Shown piece after piece: positions 16,295 through 26,078 of a stretch of 64,000 nucleotides of DNA (its first letter is position 1; each line of letters opens with the position of its first letter). The notes under the pieces are model-generated. The model saw nothing but the letters and a program-made list of their open reading frames with translations, had not been told where the DNA came from and ran no database searches. The DNA comes from a virus. The stretch is from IMG/VR virus record IMGVR_UViG_3300025071_000006, positions 33,208-97,207 of that record. One strand, given 5' to 3'. The translations under genes and the position numbers were made by a program.

Positions 16295-19200
16295 ATGTTA
16301 TCACCAAGATTAACCAATTGCAAAGGATGTGCAGACATTCCTGATTTACTTAGAAGAATAGACTGTAAATTAGCAGAGCTAGGGAACAACTTATACAATA
16401 ATGTTGTATTTATGTTGAATAAACCTATAGCGGTTACTGATATATCACAACTTTTAGTATACAAACGTGTACTGATGTTTAGATATTGTGATACACATTA
16501 TGCAACAAGATGCCCAGAGATAAGTACAGAGGATATTGCTAGTAAAGTTATTCGTCTTACTACTGGTTGTGTTTCATTATGTAATGAACCAACTGTGTGT
16601 GAGATAACTACACGTGCTATTAAACCATCTCCTAATCCTACAACTACTACTACTAGTACATCTAGTACAAGTACAACTTCTACAACTTCTACAAGTAGTA
16701 CAACAACAAGTACAACAACACTTAACTGTAACTTTACTGGTGTAATTGATTGTAGTATTACAACAACAACCACTACTACACCTGCCCCTACTACAACTAC
16801 TACATCAACTTATTTCCCAGATCCATTTGGTGTACCATGTCTATGGTCTACTAATGGAGGCAATCCAGGAAATCTAGCTGTATACAGCTTTGATACTAAT
16901 ACAGCTACTACAGTATTAGTTCCTAACGACTTTAATGAGACAGTGGGTATTGAAAGACCTATTTGTGCTACAGAAGATAAACTATGGTTAGTTAGTATAG
17001 TTGATCAAAATCCTCTTGATAATGATACAAGTGATAAGGTATATATTAGAGAGTGGGATATAGATGGAACTACACCAAATGCCCCTACATTAACTTACGT
17101 AAGAGAGATAACAGTTAACACAGGAACATACAGTGGATATAATCTTGGAGGAACTTCTGTACAGGCCATGGCTGCAAAAGATAATGATACACTTATTATT
17201 GGAACAGGTAATGAATATGGATCAATACCAGCAGGTACTGGTGGAGTTGGTAACATGTATGCTCTTGAATTCAGCATTGCTGCGTCAGGAGATATTACAG
17301 TTACAGGAAATGATATATCTGCTGAATGGGTAGCTGCTTCAGGGACCAATGCAGGTAAAATGAGTAATCTTACTTATACAAATTCAGGGCAACTTGTATT
17401 AGGATATAGAATAGATCTTAATCCTGATGGATCTGGACTTGGAAATATAGTAGGTAATTGGTTAAAAGTATTTCCTGCAACTCCTGCTGATCCTGCATTT
17501 AGTATAAATGATACAGCCATTCCATGGATTAAACTTCAAGACAATGGATATCCAGAATTTACAGCAAGTTATAATGGATCCAAAGATGCACCTTTCTGGG
17601 GTATAAATGGATTAGCACAATTATCACATGCAGAAACTTTAGCGGTGTATACTCTAAATCAATTACCTTCCTATTCATTATCATTGACTACTAATGTGAT
17701 TAGTTCAAATGATTGGTTAAGTTCAGCTACACACTGTTCTAATATTGAATTTAAAATAAATGATACCCCTGATTGTGGCCTTACTTATTTACCTGCATTA
17801 CTTGATACTGAGGGTAATTATTTAGGACCCCAGACATTTGAGTACTTTGGAATGACATGTACAGCAAGCTTATCTGAAAATCTAGATGCCTGGTATATGG
17901 GAACAACTCCTAGTGGCTTCTTAGGATGTAGTGGACTTGTTAAACCATCATCTGAAGGAGTTAGTGTAACTCGAATAGTACAAGGTAATAACTTTAGTGT
18001 TACAATTGATTTCCCTCAATTAGTTAATAATATTCCAATTAGAGCTGGTGTTTTAAATAGTAATGCAGGTGGTACAAGTGGTGATGTATATTATGTTAGC
18101 ACTAATACAGGTGACCCTGTACTTTCTATAAATCAAGGATGTTATCTTCAAGTTGATGATAATAAATTATGGGGTGGAGTACAAAATCCTAATCTTCCTA
18201 ATGAAAACCCTATATATAATCCAGGATATGGAGAGGTTAAAGTTACTACTCCTTCCGACTTTACATCTATGACTATATATGGTAATGCACCAACTGGTGG
18301 ACCATTGTTTTTAGGATGTCGTCCTTTAAATTGCGATAATATGGTATACGTAAGATTTGGAGGATTGACTTGTTCTGATCCTGAAGAAGCAGGACGTTGT
18401 GTAGCTCCACCAAATGTTCCAGTAGCACAGACTTCTTATCAACCAATTAAGGTATGGAATAAAACGACAGGTGTAATTACAGAAGTAGGACCTCCACCAG
18501 GTGAAGGTTTTGCTTCTGGCGATATTGGTATGTCTAATAATATAATTGTAGTATCAGCTAACTTTAACTATCAAAATGCAGCAGCACCTCCTACAGATCA
18601 GTGTTTTATAAAATATACTTATGATAGTGTAGCTGAGGTTCCTACCAATTTAGAATGGGATGGGGTGAGATATGTATTACCTCCTGTCTGGGACCAGTTC
18701 AATAACGGTTTTATTCCAAACATTGAAGTAATAAATGATAACACAATAGGTTTAACTGTAAGTACAACAAGTGGTGGTTTTGATCCTTTATATGATACTA
18801 GATTTCTAGAGTGTACATTCCCTCAAACTGGTACAGAAATGATTACTGTAGAAAAGTTTGCACTTGCTGGAGCAGGTGTTAACAATGCTGGTAATGCAGG
18901 AGATTTACTAATTACATATAAAGAAGATGGTGTAACACCAAATAAAGTAATAGTTTTAGGAACTGTAGATCCCTACGTTGATAATAATTTTATAACTGCT
19001 CATCTTGCAGTTCAACAATATGATTATGAAACAGGAGCTTTAGAGGTAACTACAAGAGCTGAAGACTTTGGGGTTGATCCTATAGGTGGAGCAGCTATTG
19101 CTCTATTTGACGGAAAACTTTATGTAGGTGGTAGTAGATGGGCTACAATAGATCTAGAGTCTCCATATGGATGGACTGAATTAGTGCCTAATGCTCCTGG

Positions 19201-19390
19201 TACACCTGATCCAGCTGGTGGAGCAAGTCAAATACCTGGATGTAGAATAAGTAATGGGTTTATTATAGATCCTAATGTAACAACTACTACAACTACAACA
19301 GATCCTAATACAACAACAACCACCACTACAGTACCACCTGGTGTAAGAACTATATTTACTAGATTTGGAATTAATAATAATCCAACATAA
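16295..19390 (+). CDS. Large modular fibre/decoration protein with poly-Thr linkers, 1031 aa
   Basis: Cys-containing helical N-domain (~95 aa), Thr/Ser runs, then beta-rich Gly/Asn/Thr domains and further Thr runs at the C-terminus. Confidence 0.6.
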   Translation: MLSPRLTNCKGCADIPDLLRRIDCKLAELGNNLYNNVVFMLNKPIAVTDISQLLVYKRVLMFRYCDTHYATRCPEISTEDIASKVIRLTTGCVSLCNEPTVCEITTRAIKPSPNPTTTTTSTSSTSTTSTTSTSSTTTSTTTLNCNFTGVIDCSITTTTTTTPAPTTTTTSTYFPDPFGVPCLWSTNGGNPGNLAVYSFDTNTATTVLVPNDFNETVGIERPICATEDKLWLVSIVDQNPLDNDTSDKVYIREWDIDGTTPNAPTLTYVREITVNTGTYSGYNLGGTSVQAMAAKDNDTLIIGTGNEYGSIPAGTGGVGNMYALEFSIAASGDITVTGNDISAEWVAASGTNAGKMSNLTYTNSGQLVLGYRIDLNPDGSGLGNIVGNWLKVFPATPADPAFSINDTAIPWIKLQDNGYPEFTASYNGSKDAPFWGINGLAQLSHAETLAVYTLNQLPSYSLSLTTNVISSNDWLSSATHCSNIEFKINDTPDCGLTYLPALLDTEGNYLGPQTFEYFGMTCTASLSENLDAWYMGTTPSGFLGCSGLVKPSSEGVSVTRIVQGNNFSVTIDFPQLVNNIPIRAGVLNSNAGGTSGDVYYVSTNTGDPVLSINQGCYLQVDDNKLWGGVQNPNLPNENPIYNPGYGEVKVTTPSDFTSMTIYGNAPTGGPLFLGCRPLNCDNMVYVRFGGLTCSDPEEAGRCVAPPNVPVAQTSYQPIKVWNKTTGVITEVGPPPGEGFASGDIGMSNNIIVVSANFNYQNAAAPPTDQCFIKYTYDSVAEVPTNLEWDGVRYVLPPVWDQFNNGFIPNIEVINDNTIGLTVSTTSGGFDPLYDTRFLECTFPQTGTEMITVEKFALAGAGVNNAGNAGDLLITYKEDGVTPNKVIVLGTVDPYVDNNFITAHLAVQQYDYETGALEVTTRAEDFGVDPIGGAAIALFDGKLYVGGSRWATIDLESPYGWTELVPNAPGTPDPAGGASQIPGCRISNGFIIDPNVTTTTTTTDPNTTTTTTTVPPGVRTIFTRFGINNNPT

Positions 19391-19392
19391 TT

Positions 19393-20724
19393 ATGGAAGC
19401 AACTCAAGACATACATAATAAGATTTTAGAACTACACAAACAGTATCCTCATGCTACTGGTATTGGATGGGGCAAGAAGATTGTAGATGGAGTAGATACT
19501 GGAGAATTTGCTTTTCAAATAGCAGTTAAAAAAAAGAAACCACTTTCTGAAGTCTTAGCAAATGAACTAATCAGTTCTGAGGTTGATCTAAATGGTGTAA
19601 AAATAAAAACTGATATAATAGAAATAGCTATAAATCAACGCATGACTTGTAGTCAGACTTGTGGTAATATAAATGCTGGTCCAAACAATGCCGCAAATAG
19701 AGCGTACACAAGACCTTTAAAAGGTGGAATAGCTGTATCAAGTAGAAACAATGATTCAACTGTAGGAACCCTAGGAGGTTTTGTAATACACAGTGATACT
19801 AATGGTGTGGTTGGTTTAACAAACAATCATGTTTCAATCAATGATGCTTTCTTTACATCCGATAGAGATATTAATGGTCCTTATTTAAATGACTCATATG
19901 CAGTAAATAGAGTTTACAATAATGTACAAGGTCCTAACACCCCTACGTCTAATAACTTTGGAATAAGTTTAAGATATGTTCCTATACACTCGATTGCTTC
20001 AGGACAAGTAAATCAAGTAGATGCTGCAATATGTTCAGTAGCACAGGAAGACTTCTCAACAACTGCCTCTTGGTTACAAGTAGGACTAGAATTAATAATG
20101 GGATCAGACGCTCCACCTTTTGCTAGTACATCTGAGTTAGATAATATATTAGCTACTAATCCTCCTTTATATACAGCTGGAAGAACAACTGGACCAAAAG
20201 GATTAGAACCTGATTGTCCTCTTAGAGTGAGTGCAAGTCCTCAGCTTGTAACTCCAATAAGTTATCAAATGCAAAATCCTACACAAGCTGATTTATCTCT
20301 AGGTAATCAGAGTCCTTATGCTGTAGCATGTACATTTACAAGATCTATCCAATTTGTAAAACCAGCACAAGAAACTCCTAACGCTCAAACTCCAGGATGT
20401 CCAAATCCTATATATAGTGGTGATTCCGGATCTATGTTATTAGCAGATTTTAACGGAACTATTAAAATAGTAGGACTGTGTTATGCTGGTGCTGGTAATC
20501 CTGTAGAATATGGTCTGGCATGTAGAATAGATGACATTGCAGCTCAGTTAGGAATAGAACAATATGTAACTCAAGGTGGAGTAGGAAGTGAAATAATGAT
20601 AGATCCTGATAGTGTCCAATATAAAACTGTAGAAGGAACAAGTGATCAAAAAACAATAACATGCGATAATTTAGAATACTGGCAAACAGGATTTACAGAT
20701 ACATTACAAAATAATTGTCCATAA
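19393..20724 (+). CDS. Chymotrypsin-fold (PA clan, NAL1-like) serine protease
   Basis: GTLGGFV...LTNNHV (His146), VDAAI (Asp210), GDSGS (Ser345), IVGLCYAG; N-terminal GIGWGKK...QIAVKKKKP...KTDIIE prodomain. Confidence 0.85.
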   Translation: MEATQDIHNKILELHKQYPHATGIGWGKKIVDGVDTGEFAFQIAVKKKKPLSEVLANELISSEVDLNGVKIKTDIIEIAINQRMTCSQTCGNINAGPNNAANRAYTRPLKGGIAVSSRNNDSTVGTLGGFVIHSDTNGVVGLTNNHVSINDAFFTSDRDINGPYLNDSYAVNRVYNNVQGPNTPTSNNFGISLRYVPIHSIASGQVNQVDAAICSVAQEDFSTTASWLQVGLELIMGSDAPPFASTSELDNILATNPPLYTAGRTTGPKGLEPDCPLRVSASPQLVTPISYQMQNPTQADLSLGNQSPYAVACTFTRSIQFVKPAQETPNAQTPGCPNPIYSGDSGSMLLADFNGTIKIVGLCYAGAGNPVEYGLACRIDDIAAQLGIEQYVTQGGVGSEIMIDPDSVQYKTVEGTSDQKTITCDNLEYWQTGFTDTLQNNCP

Positions 20725-20748
20725 ACAAACAAATAAAATAATAAAATT

Positions 20749-21885
20749 ATGTCAACACAAAATTGCTCAAATTGTTACAACGGCTGTACTGAAATTACTT
20801 CAGACAAGTGCGTTAAATATACAGGAGTAGATGTTCCTATACTAGGAATAAAAACTGGAGACTCTCTATCTTTTGTAGAGCAAGCTCTTATTACCTTTTT
20901 AGGTTCTACTTTAGATGGCACAGGTATACAACCTGTAGTTCCTGCATCAGATATATGTCCTATAGTAGATGCTAATCTAGATAATTGTAATCCTCTATCT
21001 TTAAATAATTATCTTGTAGGTATTATCAAAACTATTTGTGATTTAAACATACAGATAGAAGCTATAGAAGTTTCTAATCCTAGTACAGTTTACAATGTAG
21101 GATGTGTAGAAAATGTTCAAAATACATCTAGCACATCAGAGGTACTACAACAAACCATAGTAAAGTTATGTGAAGTTGAGCAATCACTGAATACTTTTAT
21201 TACTGATGTTACAAATAACTACGTACAGATTGTTGACATAAATACATATATAGAGAACTATTTAAATACTAATCCTCAACAACAGTTGCTGAATAGTAGA
21301 ATGGTTCCATTTTCTTCTCAGCCTTATTTTGGATCATTATCACCATTTGATGCATCTGGTGCTGGCATAGGGATATGGGATAGAATATTCTTATGTAACG
21401 GAAATAATGGAACACCAGATCTTAGAGGTAGAGTTCCAGTAGGAGCTACTGATATGCCAGGTCAATCTATGGATAGTGCTGTCGATCCAGGAAATAGTGG
21501 AAACCCTACATATAACCTAACTAGTTTAGTAGGAACAAATCAAGTTGTATTAACAACAGCAGAAATTCCTTCTCATACCCATATAGGAACAGTAAGTGCT
21601 CCTAGTCCAGAAACTCACACACATCAAATGTTAGTTAAACCAGGTGTAATGGGACAAGGTGGAGCTACTGTTTACCCTGATTATTCTAATCCAGGAGGAG
21701 AGAGGAGAGGTGAGAGAAGAACAATGGATTCTGGTGTTTCTGGTGTTGGTAGTTATGATGCAGCATATACAGAATTAGAAGGAAACCATACACACACTGT
21801 TACTATTGATGTAACTGGTGGAGGCTTAGGTCACAATAACTATCAACCTGGAATGGGAGCATATTATATAATTTACATACCTTAA
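20749..21885 (+). CDS. Tail fibre protein with tail-collar-like C-terminal domain
   Basis: LCNGNNGTPDLRGRVPVG...VVLTTAEIPSHTH...HTHTV...HNNYQP...YYIIY collar/HxH tip signature; Cys-rich N-terminus. Confidence 0.8.
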   Translation: MSTQNCSNCYNGCTEITSDKCVKYTGVDVPILGIKTGDSLSFVEQALITFLGSTLDGTGIQPVVPASDICPIVDANLDNCNPLSLNNYLVGIIKTICDLNIQIEAIEVSNPSTVYNVGCVENVQNTSSTSEVLQQTIVKLCEVEQSLNTFITDVTNNYVQIVDINTYIENYLNTNPQQQLLNSRMVPFSSQPYFGSLSPFDASGAGIGIWDRIFLCNGNNGTPDLRGRVPVGATDMPGQSMDSAVDPGNSGNPTYNLTSLVGTNQVVLTTAEIPSHTHIGTVSAPSPETHTHQMLVKPGVMGQGGATVYPDYSNPGGERRGERRTMDSGVSGVGSYDAAYTELEGNHTHTVTIDVTGGGLGHNNYQPGMGAYYIIYIP

Positions 21886-21896
21886 TACTAAAAACT

Positions 21897-22208
21897 ATGG
21901 CATACTTAGCTACAAATCCTTGTTGTACCGATATAACATTAAACTCTACTTGTGGATGCTCAAGCACTACAACTGCTGACCCATGTAATACTGCAGTACA
22001 CTATTCAAAATCTATTATATATAATGGACCCACATTACCTTGTTCAAATGTAGAGCCTTGTGACGATTTAAACGTTGCTTTGTCTAAAATTGATGAACTT
22101 CTTTGTATATTGAAGACTCAACAAGTAACCAATACATCAGATATTGCTACTATTAAAGAACAAGTTATACTGATAAATCAAACATTAAATACCTGTTGTG
22201 CATCATAA
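21897..22208 (+). CDS. Small Cys-rich fibre-associated protein, 103 aa
   Basis: SIIYNGPTLPC...DDLNVALSKIDELLC resembles the N-terminus of the 20749 product; C-terminal coiled coil. Confidence 0.6.
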   Translation: MAYLATNPCCTDITLNSTCGCSSTTTADPCNTAVHYSKSIIYNGPTLPCSNVEPCDDLNVALSKIDELLCILKTQQVTNTSDIATIKEQVILINQTLNTCCAS

Positions 22209-22453
22209 TGGAAGCATTTATAAAACTAACTACTGCAGGAAATAACACTGGACCTTTCAATCTGTTCTCAGATATAGATGGGTTCACTACTGCTTTTGAA
22301 ACTGGAATAACTAAAACTCAGTTATTAGCTGGATACACAACATCAGCTGTTGCTGATTTTACCACTACAATTAGAGTGGCATCAGATTCATTATGTGAGA
22401 ATAGTTTTGATATTATATTACAGCAAACAACTACCACTACAACAACAATATAA
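22208..22453 (+). CDS. Single GPF-module protein with poly-Thr tail, 81 aa
   Basis: True start probably ATG 22208 (TAATG coupling): MEAFIKLTTAGNNTGPFNLFSD...QQTTTTTTTI. Confidence 0.7.
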   Translation: MEAFIKLTTAGNNTGPFNLFSDIDGFTTAFETGITKTQLLAGYTTSAVADFTTTIRVASDSLCENSFDIILQQTTTTTTTI

Positions 22454-22455
22454 TT

Positions 22456-23586
22456 ATGGCCTTAATAGAGATAACATTAACAATAGACGGACAAGCAGGA
22501 CCATTTGATTTATTTTCAAATGTAGACAGCTTTGGATCACCTTTTGCTACACAAGTGCCTGCTGCAAGTTTAACTGCTGGTTATTCAGTAGTAGCCCCTC
22601 CAGGAACCTCTACTGTTAAAGTTTGCTCTACTGGTGTTTGTACTAACTGTATAGACATTCTTACTAACTGTCCTACAACTACCACTACAACTAGTTCTAG
22701 TACATCTACTACTACAAGTACTTCAACTTCAACATCCACAACTACTACAGAAGTTCCACCAAATAAACTTAATTGGGAACTTATAACAAATACCCCAGGT
22801 TCTCTACTTGCTGCTGACCCTCAACTATCAAATCTAGGAATAAAAGTTAATGGAATACCAGTAGTAGATGTAGAAATTACAGGCAATGCTTCTTCACAAA
22901 GTGGAGTAATAGACATATATCCAGGTGATACTGTAAATGCTTTTTTAAGAACTGATAGAACAGGAGTATATAACTTTGTTAACAGTATTATAAAAGATGG
23001 TATATTCTATCAAGCACAAGATACATGTGACGAATGTAGTAATTTTTACCAAACAGATCTTAGCCCACAATATGTAGGAGCAGGAGTTGATGTTGATTTC
23101 TCTTTTGTAGGTGATACTATTAAAGAAGAAGTTACTACAACAACTACCACAACTATAGCAGCAACTACAACAACAACTACAAGTAGTAGTTCTTCAACCA
23201 CTACAACAACTACAACATGTGATTGTTCTTTAAATGGTGCAACAGCAATTGTTACTGCAGGAACAACAACAACACAAGTTCCAGCTACAACTACCACTAC
23301 AACAACACAAGCTGGAGGAACTAGACTATTAGCTGTAAGATCTACTCTGTTTGATGTAGCTTTATCAATAGGTATTTGTGATTATGCTTTAAATCAATTT
23401 ACTTTTAAAAGTGGACAACCTGTTCCACAAATTGGAGATATTCTTTATGATCAATCAACTGGTGGTTCAACATTTAATGGAGGTAATAACTACTGGCATT
23501 ATCAAACAAGTGGAGCATCCACAACCTACACTATAAGAGTAGGAGCAACCGGAATAATTTCATATGTAGACACATGCTTTGCTTAA
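22456..23586 (+). CDS. GPF-module protein with Thr linkers and two further beta domains, 376 aa
   Basis: N-terminal AGPFDLFS module; three Thr-rich runs separate distinct domains. Confidence 0.7.
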   Translation: MALIEITLTIDGQAGPFDLFSNVDSFGSPFATQVPAASLTAGYSVVAPPGTSTVKVCSTGVCTNCIDILTNCPTTTTTTSSSTSTTTSTSTSTSTTTTEVPPNKLNWELITNTPGSLLAADPQLSNLGIKVNGIPVVDVEITGNASSQSGVIDIYPGDTVNAFLRTDRTGVYNFVNSIIKDGIFYQAQDTCDECSNFYQTDLSPQYVGAGVDVDFSFVGDTIKEEVTTTTTTTIAATTTTTTSSSSSTTTTTTTCDCSLNGATAIVTAGTTTTQVPATTTTTTTQAGGTRLLAVRSTLFDVALSIGICDYALNQFTFKSGQPVPQIGDILYDQSTGGSTFNGGNNYWHYQTSGASTTYTIRVGATGIISYVDTCFA

Positions 23587-23597
23587 ACTAATTATCT

Positions 23598-23843
23598 ATG
23601 GCACAACAAATTAAAATACAACTAACTTCTGCAGGGGCATGTTCTGGTCCTGTAGATTTATATTCAGATGCAGATAACTATGTTAATGCTTTTGCTAGTA
23701 ATATATCTATTACAGTACTAACTAGTGCTTTAGGATATAATACATCTGCTGCACCAATTGGAACTACTACTATAAGAATACAAAATTCTCTTACTAATCA
23801 TGATTGCAATGATAACTTTGTAGATGTAATTATAATAACATAA
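23598..23843 (+). CDS. Single GPF-module protein, 81 aa
   Basis: SGPVDLYSD...GYNTSAAPIGTTTIRI...C...DVII aligns by eye with neighbours. Confidence 0.7.
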   Translation: MAQQIKIQLTSAGACSGPVDLYSDADNYVNAFASNISITVLTSALGYNTSAAPIGTTTIRIQNSLTNHDCNDNFVDVIIIT

Positions 23844-23845
23844 TA

Positions 23846-24511
23846 ATGACAGTATTAATACAAGCTAATAATATAGGAAGTGATGCAGGACCATTTGATA
23901 TATTCTCTCAAGTTAATGGGTATACAGAAGCTTTTGAAACTGGAATAACTGCAGCACAGCTTATTGTAGGTTTTGTATCTTACAATGTTCCTGATGGAAC
24001 TACAGTAGTAAGATTACTGTCGGTTAATTCTAATTGTAATAATCATGAAGATATAGTTATTAATATTCCACCTGTTTGTACAAATCAAACAATAGTTTTT
24101 CAACTATGTAATACTAGTGCTACTGTACAAGATGACTTTGATATATTTTTAAATGGTATAAAAATAGGAGATGTAAGTTTAAATCAAAGTGCACAAGTAG
24201 GATCAGTAATGGTAGGAAGTAATGTTACTCAAATTATAACACAACCAGACTTTGCTTGTCCTTTAGGTAATATGCAGTTATTCTTTTTTGATCCTGATCT
24301 TATATCATATAGAAATAGTATAACAATGACAAACACTCAGAACAATGGAAATGGTAATGTAGGAACACTCTCAATAAGAAACTACAATGTAGTAAATACC
24401 TCATTAGAAACACCTTGTGTAGTTCAAGATTTTAATTTTAGTGGAAGCTCTGGAGATAGCTTTAATTTTACATGGATACACAGTCAATGTTGTAATGACT
24501 TCAACCCATAA
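23846..24511 (+). CDS. GPF-module protein with C-terminal beta domain, 221 aa
   Basis: AGPFDIFS...AFETGIT...GF...VPDGTTVVRL...C...DIVI then a ~145-aa Asn/Gln-rich beta domain. Confidence 0.7.
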   Translation: MTVLIQANNIGSDAGPFDIFSQVNGYTEAFETGITAAQLIVGFVSYNVPDGTTVVRLLSVNSNCNNHEDIVINIPPVCTNQTIVFQLCNTSATVQDDFDIFLNGIKIGDVSLNQSAQVGSVMVGSNVTQIITQPDFACPLGNMQLFFFDPDLISYRNSITMTNTQNNGNGNVGTLSIRNYNVVNTSLETPCVVQDFNFSGSSGDSFNFTWIHSQCCNDFNP

Positions 24512-24512
24512 A

Positions 24513-24575
24513 AAGTTCTCTTTTGTTGGTTTTAGAGAACTTCTCCTAGGGGCTAAATAGCCCTTGGGAGTTTTT
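24513..24575 (+). terminator. Tandem hairpins / intrinsic terminator ending the fibre cluster
   Basis: AAGTTCTCT/AGAGAACTT (24513-24542), then CTCCTAGGGGCTA/TAGCCCTTGGGAG (24543-24570) and T5. Confidence 0.75.
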
Positions 24576-24683
24576 ATTTATAATCAAATTAATTATAAAG
24601 AATAACCCTCACGATTAAATTTTTTATGTTTAGTCAAATAATTTATCTATCTTTACCATATTTACTAATTAAATACAGGACAA

Positions 24684-25928
24684 ATGGCTGAAAATCAAGG
24701 GCTTCTTAATGAGTTAAAATCATTACTAAAGCGAAAAAGAAGCAAACAGTGGTATGCAGAACAACTGAAAATAACACTGTCTGAAGTAAATGAATTATTA
24801 AAAGAGATGAGGGGTAAGAATGTAGATGAAGGAGAAGAGTTTTTAAATGAACCAACTCACAGTAAAGAATTTGAACAGGCACTGCGGAAGGTAAGTAACG
24901 ATAAGGGAACAATAGAAAGTACAATAACTCTTGACTTTGAACCAAAGAGTGATATAGAATTAGCACAATTACACAAGATAGATTTAGAAAAGTATATAAT
25001 TACTAACTATTGGTCTAAAGTACTTCCAACTGGTAAGTTTACATCTTCGATCTTTTCAAAAAGAAAAGGTCCACAAGATTATACAGCTGATGATTTCAGC
25101 AAGTTCCTAGAGAACTACAAATCAAACTACATTCCTATTTCTTCTCCTAAACTAGATAATGATAAATCTCTTGTAGATATTGAATTATCTTTATCTGATT
25201 ACCATTTAGGTAAAAGATATGTTGATGGAGATAATGATCCAGAGACTAGAGCTACAAGGTTTGTACATATAGCAGAAGCTTTAACACATAAAGTTAGATC
25301 TGTTTATGATATAAATAAAGTAGTGTTTCCTATATCTAATGATTTCTTTCATACTGATAATTATCAAAACACTACAACCAATGGTACTCCACAGGATATA
25401 ATCTTAGACTATGCTTCAGAGTATGAAATGGGATTTAATATTCTAGTAGATACTATTAAGATGCTTAAGACTAACTCCAAGCATGTTGAGGTTATTCTAG
25501 TACAAGGTAATCATGATAGAACTAAATCCTATTATTTAGCTCATGCGTTAGATATATTCTTTAAGAATGATAAAAACATATCATTTGTTAGAGAGGAAGG
25601 ATTAATCAAAGCTACCGTAGTTGGTAGTACATTTATTGGTTTTCATCATGGTAACTGTAAAATTGATGCGTTACCTTTATTGTTTGCAACACATCCAGTT
25701 TATAGTAAATGGTTTGGAGATGCTACATATAGAGAAGTTCACACAGGTGATAAACATCACTATATGGCAAAGGAAATAAAGGGAGTAAGAATACAACAAA
25801 TGCCTAGTTTATCTGGAACAGATAGATGGCATAAAGATAATAATTTTGTACATAGTGTACGAGCTGCCTTAGCGTTAGTCTATGACTTTAAAGTAGGAAA
25901 GGTAGCTGAATTTGAAGAAAGAATATAG
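24684..25928 (+). CDS. Calcineurin-like metallophosphoesterase with N-terminal HTH-like segment
   Basis: Motifs SDYHLG, NDFFHTD, QGNHD, FHHG, GDKHH in canonical order. Confidence 0.85.
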   Translation: MAENQGLLNELKSLLKRKRSKQWYAEQLKITLSEVNELLKEMRGKNVDEGEEFLNEPTHSKEFEQALRKVSNDKGTIESTITLDFEPKSDIELAQLHKIDLEKYIITNYWSKVLPTGKFTSSIFSKRKGPQDYTADDFSKFLENYKSNYIPISSPKLDNDKSLVDIELSLSDYHLGKRYVDGDNDPETRATRFVHIAEALTHKVRSVYDINKVVFPISNDFFHTDNYQNTTTNGTPQDIILDYASEYEMGFNILVDTIKMLKTNSKHVEVILVQGNHDRTKSYYLAHALDIFFKNDKNISFVREEGLIKATVVGSTFIGFHHGNCKIDALPLLFATHPVYSKWFGDATYREVHTGDKHHYMAKEIKGVRIQQMPSLSGTDRWHKDNNFVHSVRAALALVYDFKVGKVAEFEERI

Positions 25929-25930
25929 AT

Positions 25931-26077
25931 ATGGCAACAAAGTATGGAAAGCCTACACCAGGCAAAAATGTAAAAGCTCCTAAGATTCGTCCTTATAATA
26001 TGAAGCGTAATTATATGAGAGAAGCTGATCAAATGGGAGGCATACAAGGATTCGGTAATTACAGAAAGAAAATATAA
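25931..26077 (+). CDS. Small basic protein, 48 aa
   Basis: Manual translation MATKYGKPTPGKNVKAPKIRPYNMKRNYMREADQMGGIQGFGNYRKKI; fills the gap exactly. Confidence 0.65.
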   Translation: MATKYGKPTPGKNVKAPKIRPYNMKRNYMREADQMGGIQGFGNYRKKI

Positions 26078-26078
26078 A

